A DNA stretch of 64,000 nt from Eledone cirrhosa. Lineage: Eukaryota. Location of the stretch: NCBI GenBank assembly GCA_964016885.1, contig OZ024741.1, positions 127,472,001 to 127,536,000 on the forward strand, written 5' to 3'. The translations under genes and the position numbers were made by a program. Under the pieces are notes generated by a model. It did no database searches. It was given only the letters and a program-made list of their open reading frames with translations, and had not been told where the DNA came from. The stretch's first letter is position 1. Each line of letters starts with the position of its first letter. This document shows positions 26,173 to 39,070 of the stretch, piece after piece.

Positions 26173-29100
26173 ATGTGTTTATCAAGAGTAGTTTATCATG
26201 TGTGTTATAGATACCAGCATGGAGATATGGGAATATTTTGTGATTAAAGCAATAGTTTTGTAATGTGGCCAAGTAGTTAGAATGTTGGAATCTAGATTAT
26301 AAGTCTGTGCGTTCAATTCCTGAATCAGCTGGTGAGTTGTGTTCTTGAACAAGACACTTCATTTCACACTGCTTTTCATGATAGGACATAGGTGTGAGCT
26401 GTAACAACATAGTAGAACTGGAGCCTCTATCATTAAAACACCAGAGAAACATCCTATAAGATAGAACCTTGTAGTCGGCCAGCTAAACCTGCATGTGTCA
26501 GCTGTAAATTTCATTTCAGTTAGTGTACTCCATCAATTATATGTCTCTACCATGATCACTGTTAGTTATATTATGTATATATTAATTTATATATAATTTG
26601 AAATGTGTATGTCCTAATGCAATGACCACAACAATAGTTGATCACAATAAATGTTTCAAGTTTTCTGAATGCTTTGTAAGTCAGCTACATTGTTTACACT
26701 TTTAGCTGAATTGATAGCAGCTCTTTAGCATAGTGGTAACACACTCGCTCAACACCCAATAGATGTGGGGTTCAGTCTCTTGCAGGTTTTGTTATATCTC
26801 CAAGGGTGTTTAGCCCGATTTTCTCAACTATCATTTGTAGTGATTGATTATTGTTGTGGTCATTAGTGTTGGGACTCGCACTTATCAAATTTCAAGTTTT
26901 CCCAATGTTTTTTAAGTCAATGCTTTGATATATAATCTATATATTTCTTTTTCTTTATTGAGTATTGATCCCTGCTGTTCTAGATTGTTGCTCTGCAATA
27001 TTCACAAATAATAGGACTGTTAAAGGTGATATATACATACATATATTATATGGTGCCACTATAAAATGCACCCATTACACCCTAGAAAGTGTTAGTGTTG
27101 GTGCCACAATAAAATGATCCCAGCACACTCTGTAAAATGGTTGGCATTGTATTAAGATCATCCAACTCTAGAAACTATGCCAAATATGGAACATATGAGC
27201 AAAATGAAGTCTCCCTGATATGTCTAGTCTTGGACCATGACAACCTGTCCAACCCATATTAGCATGGAAGCCAGATGTAAAGTGATGGTGATATATACAG
27301 CCTAGATACTTTTTTTCATATGTGAAATACTTTTAATTAATTTAACCCAGTCATTTGAGGTTTACTCCCATATTATTTTAATTAAAATTTTACACACGAG
27401 AAAAAATTATATATATATAATATAAATGAGGTTGGTGTTAGGAAGGGCATCCAGCTGTAGAAAACCTGCCAGAAACAGTTCTGTACGAGCAAAACACAGT
27501 CTCCCGACCAATCTTACCTCAAGTGGCGCAAAACCATCCAACCCGTGCTAGCATGAAAGATGGACATTTAACGATGATGATGATGATATTGATACATATC
27601 AACCATAATAATACGCCATGTGTGTTTAAGTATTTATAGATATCTCTGTAACTCTATAAAATTTAAATACACACTCACACACGCAAAGCATTTCCTATCT
27701 CAGTTATGTTACTATAAGAAGAAACACTCATATTATTACTGCAATTCAGATGGAGGTGAATTAGCAGTATTGATAGAGTAGAGCGGCAGACAACATGCTT
27801 TGCAGAATATAGTTACAACTCTTTACGTTCTGAGTTCAAATCCTGCTGAGGTTAGCTTTGTCTTTCATCCTTACAAGATTGATAAATTAACATACCAGTA
27901 ATGCACTGGGGATCGATTTTCCCTTTCCCTTCAAATTGCTATCTTTGTGCCAAAAGCAGAAACAATTATTACTATAATTCATTGTTATACTTTTATTCAT
28001 TTAAAATCCATTTGGGCTTCTGCTTATTGATACAGTATTTGGAATTGTAGTGTAAATTTCTGCCCCTTGAAAGTAGTATCCATGTTGACCCCATAAATTT
28101 AACCTAAAAAATTGTCTAAAGAATTCTACTTATATATGAGTATATATATCATTTAACATCCGTTTTCTCTGCTGGTGCTTTATTTATTGACCTTGAGGGA
28201 CAAAGAGCCAGTACAAATGCCACAAAGCATTTTGTTCAATGTTTTAGCTATTCTGCCAATTAACTTCTTCTATATATATATATATATATATGTGTGTGTG
28301 AATTAGTTGTTAGTCCAGATAGGATGCTTATGCTGAAGGTATCCAATAACAGCGTGACATATCCTTCATTTGTCATGGCACTGTTAAAGATCACTCTCCA
28401 CTATATTTCCATTTTTCATTAATCTTGAAGCTTGTCCCTTGCCTCTCCCTCCCCAAGAATTGGTAATTTATAGAATAATTGTTCTCATCAATTAAAGATA
28501 TAATTAACTTTAACCCTTTTGTGACCATATTTCTAATGAAAGACACTCGATTTCAATGAATGAAGAATTTTGAGGGATTTAGTAAAATTATTAATTATTT
28601 CATTACTAAAATAGTAATTTGACATGGTTCTTATACTAAATTGCAATAAGATTTTTATATAAATAGGAACGCTATAGAATATGCGGTTTTGTTTTCATTG
28701 ATCCAGAATCAGTTTTGGCAAGTTTGTATCAAAGGGTTAACTAGAAACCCTTGAAAACAGGTGGTTTTGTTTCACAGAACCAGAGCCAGTTTTAGACGGT
28801 TTGGTAACAAAAGTGTTAACTATGAACTTCATGTAGGTTAATGGCAAGAGCTGGCGTTGCCGTCCGTTTATGTTTTTGAAGCTAGTTTTCATGTGAGATG
28901 CAACACATTGATAAAGTGTGACCTTATATTCTTACAGACCAATGTGTTGTTGACGTAATCAGGTTTGCAACAGCATGGATCAAGAAACTGCAGGATGTTT
29001 GCTGTAGGTATTGTAAAACTAAGACCAAACTGTGACCCTGGGTAGCACAATTTTTAACACACCTAGCACTCACCCTCTCTCTCTCTCCCTTCCTACACAA

Positions 29101-31240
29101 TCCAAGCTAATTATTCTCAAAGCTTTTGTGACCCACCAAATTTTGCTTTACTTTAATAGATTTAATCTTAATAACTGCACTTATATTAATACTTTATATA
29201 TATATATGTATATATACTCACACACATACATACAGGACATCAGATTGGCAGAATTGCTAGAGCATCAGACAAAATGCCTAACAGTATTTAGTTACTGCTC
29301 TGTATGTTCTGAGTTAAAATTCTGCTTAACTCAACTTTGCCTTTCATCATTCAAGGATTCAGTAAAATAAGAGTACCAGTCATGTGCTGGTGTTGCTATG
29401 ATTAGTGGTCCTTTGCTAAATGGAAAAATTACAAAATGTTTTGATGGCATAATGTGTGTGTATGAAAGCAGGTGACTTACTGACCATGAGTTGAGTTTCC
29501 AATAACATATTGTGTACTTCAACAGGACACTTTATTTCACATTGCTCCAGTCCACTCAACTGAAAAAAAAAAATGAGTCGTACTTGTAATTTAAATGCCA
29601 GCCTTGTCACACAATGTCATGGTGAATCTTCCTGGGAACTATGTTAAGGGTGCACATTTCTGTGGAATGCTTAGCTCTTGCACATTGATATCAGCAGCAG
29701 GCTGTTCTGTTGTTTGGACAACTGGAATACTCACTGTCAGAACTGACAGATCTACCAACATCATATCTATCTATATATATATAGGCAGATGACAGAAACA
29801 TTAAGGCGTCGAATTAAATATTTTGTTTCAACTCACTGCACTCTGAGTTTAAATTTCACTGGGGTCAACTTTGCCTTTCATTTTTACGAGGTTAATAAAA
29901 TAAAGCCCCAGTTCAGGACCGGGAAGGGTGCTTTGCAATATCTATTCTAGCTCTATGCTTTCTGAGTTCAAATCCCACCCGCTTATGGCAGATAGTAACA
30001 GCAATAGAAAGACCAATGAAAACATAGTTTCCTTGGGTCCATGAGTCCAGTCTGATAATTGGTTCCTTTCCTTTTTTTTTTTTTACTTATGAATATATTA
30101 ACATTTAACGTCTACTCTTTCATATTGGCATGGATTGGATGGGCCCTCACTCACTTGGGACATGATCAGGGACGGTCTATCCAAATCCATGCTGACATGG
30201 AAAAGTGGACGTTATATGATGATATATTCATTAGTAATAAAAAAGGAACGGTGCCAATTATCGGATTGGACCCCTGACCTCTCAACATACATTCCAGTCA
30301 ACATGGAAATACCCAGTGTCAGACTGGGTTTTGTTGACAGCATTGAGGTGATTTATTGGTTGTTGGTGAAGTGATTGTTCCCATTCTATTGATCACGATC
30401 GTTTTGTCATATAACAGTAAGATCAATTTAATACAATACATTGTCATATAACAGAAAGATCAGTTTAATACAATACATTAAATTTGAGGTTAAATTATGT
30501 CAAGCTATATTTGCATAGTAGTTAGGTATAGTTGTCCTGTATTCGGTAGGTATGTGGTTTAATTATCACATTTAGCTTTTCTGTAAATGCATCATATAAG
30601 GTCATCATCAAAACTTTAACTGTTATATTATATATACAGTTAAAAAGTATGCTAGCAGCCAGAGTGTATGATAAAGTTAGTGTTTGGTGATCTACACGAT
30701 AAATGCACCCAGTACACACTGTAAATGGTTGTTGATAGGAAGGGCATTCAGCCATAGAAAACTTGCCAAACAAAGGGTTGGGAGGACCATTCAGTCATGC
30801 CAAGGGATGACAGCCTCCCTAGTGTTTGGTGATCTATACAATAAAAGCACCCAGTACTCACTATAAAGTGGTTGGTGATAGGAAGGGAAGCTGTAGAAAG
30901 CTTTCCAAACAAAGGGTCGGGAGGACCCTTCAGTCATGTCAAGGACTTGGCAGCCTCCCTAGTGTTGGTAATCTACACGATAAACACACTCAGTACACTG
31001 TAAAGTGGTTGGTGATAGGAAGGGCATCCGGCTGTAGAAAGCTTGCCAAACAAAGGGTTGGGAGGGCCCTCAGTTGTGTCAAAGACTTGACAATTTCCCC
31101 TGTGCACAACCATACATAAGCGAGACAACAGATCCCTGGCTTGTCTGGGACACCACTTCTGAACTGACTTGGTCCATGTAGACCCGTCCAGCCCTTGCTT
31201 GCAGGGAAAGCGGGTGTTAAAACGACGACGATGATGATGA

Positions 31241-31820
31241 TACAGAGTGGGTAACCAAGACAGACCTAATGTGTATATAAATATACACACATTCAATATG
31301 TGGATATGTAAACATGCCAGAAAATACAAATTTCCCTGTAAATGCAAAAATGATAAACACCTTTAATCAATTTTCAGACCTATTTGGGTCCTTATCAGAA
31401 GGGGTGTATATCATCCAAACAACCACAAGGAAACACATATTTGATGGGCTCATATACCCATTTGATCTTAATATTATTCTGAAATGGATATGCTAATTTA
31501 GATATAATTAACTCTTGTGTTGGTAATTAATTAAGATATATATTAAGAAGTGTGATAGTGGCCGTAGTGTACGATAAAATTGTGTGTATAAATACAGTGG
31601 GTAACAGAGATTGCACCAATGTGTATATGTAAACATGCCAGAAAATATTAATTTCCCTGTAAATTGAGAAATGATAAACACCTCACCCTAAGGCACAGTA
31701 TATCATCCAAACCACTACAAGGAAACATATTTGATGGGCTTATATACCCATTCACTCTTAGTGTTATTCTGAAATGGACATACTAATTTGAATATGTTGG
31801 TAATTAATTAAGATATATAT
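31241..31820 (+). repeat. Local direct duplication (two imperfect copies, starting at 31241 and 31593)
   Basis: tacag(a)gtgggtaac...tatgtaaacatgccagaaaata...atttgatgggct.atatacccatt...ggtaattaattaagatatata occurs twice. Confidence 0.8.
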
Positions 31821-32049
31821 ATAGTAACTTGCACTAATAAAAGGAATACAATGTTTATACTTGGCTGCTGTGCTCCTGCTTCTAATCATTTCTATGTCAC
31901 CCATTGAGTTCTATTTGAATACTGATCGACTTGTTCTGTGTTTCAAACCTACCAACAATGCACACACACATGTATAGTTAATTAAAGTGCTAGACAGATA
32001 TTCATTATGCAAATTAGACTGATCATTTCAGCTACATTTTACATGACAT

Positions 32050-32161
32050 ATACAGAGTCCACCAATAAAATGTATACACGTTTCAGGAAATTCAAAAGAG
32101 GTATTTAAACAAGTTTTTCTTTTCTTGAAGTGTGTATACATTTTTTGGCAAACTCTTTATA
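32050..32161. mobile_element. Short Tc1-like MITE
   Basis: TIRs tacagagtccaccaataaaatgtatacac / gtgtatacattttttggcaaactctttata with TA flanks. Confidence 0.55.
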
Positions 32162-32441
32162 GCAATGCTATAGTAAGATTCCTCTGTAGACAATCATAGA
32201 GGCAGTTATCTTCTGATGAAGACACATTATAAGTAATCGTTTGTTTTTCTGTGTACTGAAGAGTTACAGAAAGTATTTACATTTCATTCTTTTTACAGCG
32301 AAACTTCTTTAAAAAACTAGTTATATCTACAATAAATCTACCATAAATCTTCTAACGTACACCATGTTCTAACATAAATATTTTTATGTAAAATATATAT
32401 TTTTTAAAAGAATTTTTCTTTTTCTCTCTCTCTGCCATTAG

Positions 32442-32523
32442 GAACAGCTTCTGTTCTGCGATGACTGTGACCGAGGCTATCACATGTATTGTCTGACTCC
32501 CCAGTTATCAGAACCTCCTGAGG
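32442..32523 (+). CDS. DPF2: d4/DPF exon, PHD2 core
   Basis: ccattag|GAA...GAG G|gtaagt; [28 protein letters not shown]; phase 0 to 1. Confidence 0.96.
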
Positions 32524-32763
32524 GTAAGTATAAAACTATAACTGTCTCTTCTCTCTGCCGTTTGTACTATTATTACAATGGTCTCTTCTCTTCAGATCTG
32601 ACTCATATGACCACCATTCAGACAATACTCCCTTACTCAAATTCTCTCCCTGCAGGAATCAAGGGGCAACAATTTAAACTGACCATTGACATCATTTCAT
32701 TGACCTCAGAGGTCTATATGTATATATGGCCCATATCTTATGATGGAAACTACAGAAGCCCAT

Positions 32764-32794
<31 letters not shown>

Positions 32795-33462
32795 GTCTAC
32801 ATTTGTGTCTGTGTTATGAACTTAGCAGTTCAACAACAAAAAAAAAAAGGTTCATAAAACAACTATCAGATTTCGTCTTCTTCGGCCACTTATGCCTGAC
32901 ATGGTCTTGGGGGCAGAGTCCTCAGACACTCCTTCTAACAGGTCCGGTTAGAAGCAACCAACCACTTTGTGCTAAATTTGTCTGAGAAATGGTAATCTGA
33001 TAACTTCCCTCACTCTCACTCAGTGTTGACAAGACGATCAATGGTAAAACATCAGCTATCTATCTGTCTACTTATCTATCTATTTCTGTCTATCTACCTA
33101 TATACCTCTCTATCTGACTGTCAATCCATAGTTATCTATTGTGTATATTTACCAATGTATCTATCTTCTAACAATAACAAATCTCAATTGCAGTCTGAAG
33201 ATAGATAGATACATATGTAGAATAAAATCGTAATTTAGTGGATATATGTTTGATAATGATTTTTAAAATATATAAGAAAAGATTGTAATTGCTTCAAATG
33301 AATGTAAAATAGAGCTATGGCCTAAGGGACAGGATGAGATTTAAGTATCTTTACAAGAGATGTTCTCATCAAGGTATTATTGAATTTGAGATTTTTTACG
33401 GGCATTATGCTTGTGTATGTACATGTATCTATCTTTCTCTCTCTCTCTATATATATACATAT

Positions 33463-33552
<90 letters not shown>

Positions 33553-33875
33553 GTTGGTGACATGACAAAAAGCACTCGGTCCACTCTGTAAGGTGGTCAT
33601 GTTGGTGACATGATGAAAAAGTACCCAATCCAACCTGTCAGTTGGTCATTTTGGTGCGACAATAAAATGCACCCAGTCTACGTTGTAAAATGTGTTTGGC
33701 ATTAGGGAGAGCATCCAGCCAGAGAATCCAAACCAGAAAGGGTTCTGACTTGTCTCACTACAGGACACCTCGTCTAACCCATGCTTGCATGGAAAATGGA
33801 TATTGATATATACACACGTACACATATATGTATATTTGTTGATTGTTTCTAAATTGAATTGTCTTGTTGTTGCAG

Positions 33876-33943
33876 GAAGTTGGAGTTGCCACTTGTGCAT
33901 AGAGGAATTCCATGGAGGTAAAAAGCCTGAAGGCATGCAATGA
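33876..33943 (+). CDS. DPF2: d4/DPF last coding exon
   Basis: ttgttgcag|GA AGT TGG...; GSWSCHLCIEEFHGGKKPEGMQ*, completing PHD2 (PPEGSWSCHLC). Confidence 0.94.
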
Positions 33944-34271
33944 TGGTGATGGTGATGATGATGATGATGATGCCGAGCAGTGTTGTGCATCGGACAGAGA
34001 GCATTTATGTTCCTTCTCACTCTGTTGACCAGTGTATATGTATGTGCAGAAGGAGGCATGCTACTACTACACTCACCTCTCCTACAAGAGTGACTACCAA
34101 GAAGAACAGCAAATGTATTTAGCTGACTTCAAACTACTGCGGCTGCTGCCTTAACTCATTTCAATTTCTTTAGTAGTTATTAGGGAAACAAAACTTTTCA
34201 ATTCTTTCCTCTAACCAAAAACCTTAACATATTTTTGTATTTGTAAAACAAAAATTTAAAAAAATTTATAT

Positions 34272-34470
34272 ATATATTATATGATTAAGATCTCAACACA
34301 AATGCATGCTACCTAAGGCTTCAAACTTCGACTAGCATAGAACATAGATATTCTATGCCTGCTAGTTCAGTTATCTTCAGCAGATATAAAATATCTATGT
34401 CCTATGCTGGTTGAAGTTTGAAACCTTAGGTAGCATGCATTTGTGTTGAGATCTTATTCATATAATATAT
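34272..34470. repeat. Inverted repeat with arms of about 90 bp, containing a hammerhead-like motif; probably in the DPF 3' UTR
   Basis: Arms 34272-34363 and 34379-34470 are reverse complements with about 8 mismatches; minus strand CTGAAGA-long stem II-GAAGC-cttag-GTA. Confidence 0.9.
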
Positions 34471-34555
34471 TTTGGCTCTGTACATTACATAGAGCGCTTT
34501 TTTCCTTGATCTATTCTTCGGAAACTTTTGGCACTATATATGTGTATATATATAT

Positions 34556-34642
<87 letters not shown>

Positions 34643-34954
34643 AACATATATATATATATAATATTAAAAGGCCACAATGTCCCCACCTGAGTTAGGGTTA
34701 AAGTTTAATTCAACAGTTACTACACAACCCCGCTCCTCTCTATATAAGCTGTAATCTGTTTACTGCTAATACTGGCCATTCTACAGCTGATAATTATTTC
34801 CCAAAGAATAATCATTATGAGTGTAAGAATCTCAGAAATACTGCAAATCTGTTAATGTTGGCTGCTTGAGGGAGAAATCTGCTACAGCACTATTGTAGAC
34901 ATATATAACTGACACCTGTAGTGGAATAGTAGTTAATAATGAAGATAATAGTGA

Positions 34955-35370
34955 TTGTAATGATGATGATGATTTCTTTAGTAGTCACAAGGGCTTGCCC
35001 AAATAATACAGTAAACATTACAAACTCAAGGTTACATACAATACATGCGGCTAGACAAAGTTATATAAATAAGGGTAAAGGCAAGGACATTATACAATAG
35101 ACAAATGAAAACATGATAAAAGAAGGATTGAATATAAAATTATAATAAAACATGCAAAAATTAACACATGATATAATATGAAAACATTTAGGGCTACCCA
35201 TCCATATACAAATGGGTACCCACTAGTTAAGTTAGAGACAAGGTTAAATTCCTGCCCATCATGCATTATATACTTCTTAGAAATCACCAAAATTTCCCGT
35301 AAGCATTTCTTTGGTGACTTCATCAACAAAAGCGCCCACATCTTCTGCACAGAAGTATTTTATTTATATG
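34955..35370 (-). mobile_element. Possible L1/Tx1-like LINE 3' end relic
   Basis: Minus strand has a T-rich 3' UTR ending cccttgtgactactaaagaaat(cat)n; the coding remnant is not clearly recognisable. Confidence 0.3.
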
Positions 35371-35469
35371 TTCTTATATAACAATAATGATGATGATGAT
35401 GATAATGGAAGTGATATAGACAACTTTAACTTACATGCATATGTTTACATGTTCTTTTGAAACTGATAC

Positions 35470-36462
35470 AGTGGTGGAGACTGAAACTAATAGTAATACA
35501 GTACTATATCACTTAGAGTGGTGGAGACTGAAACTAATAGTAATGCAGTACCATACCACTTAGAGTGGTGGAGACTGAAACTAATAGTAATGCAGTACCA
35601 TACCACTTAGAGTGGTGGAGACTGAAACTAATAGTAATACAGTACCGTATCACTTAGAGTGGTGGAGACTGAAACTAATAGTAATGCAGTACCATACCAC
35701 TTAGAGTGGTGGAGACTGAAACTAATAGTAATACAGTACTATATGATTTAGAGTGGTGGAGACTGAAACTAATAGTAATACAGTACTATATCACTTAGAG
35801 TGGTCGATACTGAAACTAATAGTAATACAGTATTATATCATTTAGAGTGGTGGAGACTGAAACTAATAGTAATACAGTACTATATCATTTAGAGTGGTGG
35901 AGACTGAAACTAATAGTAATACAGTACCATACCACTTAGAGTGGTGGAGACTGAAACTCATAGTAATACAGTACTATATCATTTAGAGTGGTCGATACTG
36001 AAACTAATAGTAATACAGTACCATACCACTTAGAGTGGTGGAGACTGAAACTAATAGTAATACAGTACCATACCACTTAGAGTGGTGGAGACTGAAACTA
36101 ATAGTAATGCAGTACCATACCACTTAGAGTGGTGGAGACTGAAACTAATAGTAATACAGTACCATACCACTTAGAGTGGTGGAGACTGAAACTAATAGTA
36201 ATGCAGTACCATACCACTTAGAGTGGTGGAGACTGAAACTAATAGTAATGCAGTACCATACCACTTAGAGTGGTGGAGACTGAAACTAATAGTAATGCAG
36301 TACCATACCACTTAGAGTGGTGGAGACTGAAACTAATAGTAATGCAGTACCATACCACTTAGAGTGGTGGAGACTGAAACTAATAGTAATACAGTACCAT
36401 ACCACTTAGAGTGGTGGAGACTGAAACTAATAGTAATACAGTACTATATCACTTAGAGTGGT
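35470..36462 (+). repeat. 47-bp minisatellite, about 21 copies
   Basis: Unit agagtggtggagactgaaactaatagtaat(a/g)cagtac(c/t)ata(c/t)ca(c/t)tt repeated head to tail with period 47. Confidence 0.98.
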
Positions 36463-36701
36463 AAGGGCTGAAATAGTAATGTTTGTCCCTGGTTTGATTC
36501 CCACGGGCAATTTATCCACATTTTTCCATTTCAAGGGGCCATGCCCCTGATTTTATTCAACAGTTTTATAGTTAATGTGTTGTAGTAGCCTTTGCAAAAA
36601 GCAAAAAAAAAAAATCTTAAATTTCAATCTTACTTACATGCTCCTTAAATGTTCCATTGTTCATATGTGAATGTATATACACACACACGCCTATATGTAT
36701 G

Positions 36702-36750
<49 letters not shown>

Positions 36751-36916
36751 CTGCAGAAGAACATATATATTTATACACATGCATATATATATTATGTATA
36801 TATGAGCATGACAATATTCTGATCTGACTTGTTTCACAGCAGGACAACCTGTCTAACCCATGCTAGCTTGGAGAATTGACGTTAAACTGATGATCATGAT
36901 GATTGTGTATATATAT

Positions 36917-37130
36917 AGTTATGTAATAAACAACATAAGATAATTATTTCATTTAGCAATGGTTTCTTGAAGACAGATACTTATGTCTGTCATTCATCAG
37001 AAGAAATATTTATTTATTATAGAATAATAAATAAATATTTCTTCTGGTGAATGAAGACAGACATAAGTATCTGTCTTCAAGAAACCATTGGTAAATGAAA
37101 TAATTATCTTATGTTGTTTATTACATAACC
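36917..37130. repeat. Inverted repeat with arms of about 100 bp, made of two divergently oriented hammerhead motifs
   Basis: Near-perfect palindrome centred at about 37021; + copy 37037-37101, - copy 36946-37007. Confidence 0.92.
37037..37101 (+). ncRNA. Type I hammerhead motif with one core lesion (CUGGUGA)
   Basis: atttctt-CTGGTGA-a-tgaagacaga-cataagta-tctgtcttca-a-GAAAC-cattg-GTA-aatgaaat; the opposite arm retains CTGATGA. Confidence 0.6.
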
Positions 37131-37255
37131 AAAAAGCTCTGTAGCCTACATAGAGCACTCTCTTTTCCTTTACCTTTCCTACGGAAATACTTCATTTATA
37201 TATATAAATAAATATAAACATAAAGAACATAAGTTTAGAAAATAGCAAGCAGAAT

Positions 37256-37446
37256 TTGAAAATTGAATTAGATTTCGCCATAACCTTGACTAAATAAAAT
37301 AATCTGATAACAGCGGAACGGAAAAAGATGGACATCAGCACATAGCTGATGTTCATCTTTTTCTGTTAAGTGGGTTTCCACCTCACCGTTATTAGGCTAT
37401 TTTATTTAGTCAATGTTATGGAGAAATCTTCTAATTCAATTTTCAT
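37256..37446. repeat. Long imperfect inverted repeat
   Basis: tgaaaattgaattaga..ccataac.ttgactaaataaaata..gaaaaagatggacatcagc / gctgatgttcatctttttc..tattttatttagtcaa.gttatgg..ctaattcaattttca. Confidence 0.85.
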
Positions 37447-37462
37447 ATATATATATATATAT

Positions 37463-37801
37463 GGAGGCACATGGCTTAGTGGTTAGAACATTGGCCTTGC
37501 AATCGAAAGGTTGTGAGTTCAATTCTCAGACCGGGTGATGTGTTGTTTCCTTGAGCAAGACACTTTATTTCCCATTTCTCCAGTTTACTCAGCTGTGGAA
37601 ATGAGATGATAGGGACTGGGGTCCCTATCATTCTACTGCAAAGTGGTCGTGGAGGTGCCACGGTAAAAAAGCACCCAGCACTCACTGTAAATGCGGTTGG
37701 TGTTATGAAGGGCATCTAGCTGTAGAAATCAAGCCAGAATCAGTTCCCGTCCCACCCTTGCAAGCAGGGAAAAAGCGGACGTAAAATGAAATGATGATGA
37801 T
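37463..37801 (+). mobile_element. tRNA-derived SINE with RTE-LINE-type 3' tail
   Basis: A-box tggcttagtggtt, B-box gagttcaattc, ccttgagcaagacact central motif, LINE-like tail ending (GAT)n; near-identical copies at 57591, 62255 and 63060. Confidence 0.88.
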
Positions 37802-38142
37802 CTATCCATATATTTATGTGTGTGTATGTATTGTACTGTTGTGCCTTAGCAATTATTGAAGTGACCCAGTGATGACTATTTCAGCAACTCATTTTATGGA
37901 ATACTAACTTTTAGATTATTTTTAGTTAACTCTTTACAACTGTTACTGAGCTATAAAATCTTTGGAATCATGTTTAACCCCTTCATTACAATATTTCTTT
38001 TAATGAGACACACTGCCTCAGATTTTCAAATCATTGAAAATAATGAAGAATTTGGAGAAATTTAGAAATATAAATAACTTTCTCATTATTTAGCTATTGT
38101 TTGGAATATAATAGGGGTTCTTACATAAAATTATGATGAAAG

Positions 38143-38177
<35 letters not shown>

Positions 38178-38923
38178 TCTTTGACCCTTACATTACTATT
38201 TTTTAATGAATACCACTACTTAGTGGTTTCAAATAATTTTGGAAATAACAATTTAGTGGGTTAGTAAAATAATTTTCTTCTTATTAAGTTGGTGTTTGGA
38301 ACATAACAAAGTTTCTTACATAAAATTATGATGCAAGTATTTTAGGTAAATATAGACACTTCAAAACATTGTAGAGTCAAGAGCAGTTTGATATGAATAG
38401 AGTTAACTAACTTTCTCATTATTCATCTGGTGTTTGGAACTTAACTTAACAAAGGTTCTTATATAGAATTACGATAAAAGGTTTTTAAATATTTTAAAAA
38501 TAAGCAATTTTATATTGTGGTGGTTTGGCATTAAAAGGGTTAAAAGTTTGAACTAGATAAGTTTCACAGTACCTACTATTGGAATTATCTTTTACACATG
38601 AGTGAAACCAAACTGTTGAGATTATTTTTTTAAAACCAAGAAAAATATTTAAAATTTATTGGATAAAGGCACATTTAAAAAAATATAAATCTATGCAAGA
38701 CTATAACATTTTATAATTCATTATTTGTTTCTGAAAAAAATCAATTACTTATTATTTAGAAGTCAAGTATTTTTTTTTCTTTGAATGGAATAAATTTTTA
38801 AAGTCAATAGAGCTGTTAGTAAAACTTATTTTACCAGTTTCAACTCTGAGCATTTAACAATATTATATATATATATATATATATAAAGCAGCTAACTTAA
38901 GCATTTAAGCATTGGGAAAATTT

Positions 38924-39070
38924 GAAACGTATATATCCCAATACAAACGTCCATAATGATAGTTGATCTCCATAAATAATAGCTGAGGGGTACTTTACTC
39001 AATTTTCTCAGCTATTATTTATAGCAATCGACTATTATTATGTTCATCTATGTTGAGACACATACATTTC
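38924..39070. repeat. Diverged inverted repeat
   Basis: ataaataatagctgag / ctcagctattatttat core extends imperfectly to gaaacgtat / atacatttc. Confidence 0.7.

Noticed and set aside
33322-33633. Cys/Val- or His/Thr-rich ORFs (also at 4094, 20220, 56285, 61034, 63182-63650)
   Set aside because: Translations of (CA)n/(TA)n/(CGCA)n microsatellites.
33646-34059. 137-aa antisense ORF with poly-His
   Set aside because: Shadow of the DPF last exon, a (GAT)n repeat and a LINE tail.
35470-36462. CRISPR-like regular array
   Set aside because: Units are contiguous with no unique spacers, there are no cas genes, and the context is eukaryotic; it is a minisatellite.
37463-37540. tRNA gene calls at SINE heads (also 57591, 62255, 26717)
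   Set aside because: A/B boxes are present but there is no complete cloverleaf or terminator; they continue into repeat bodies.
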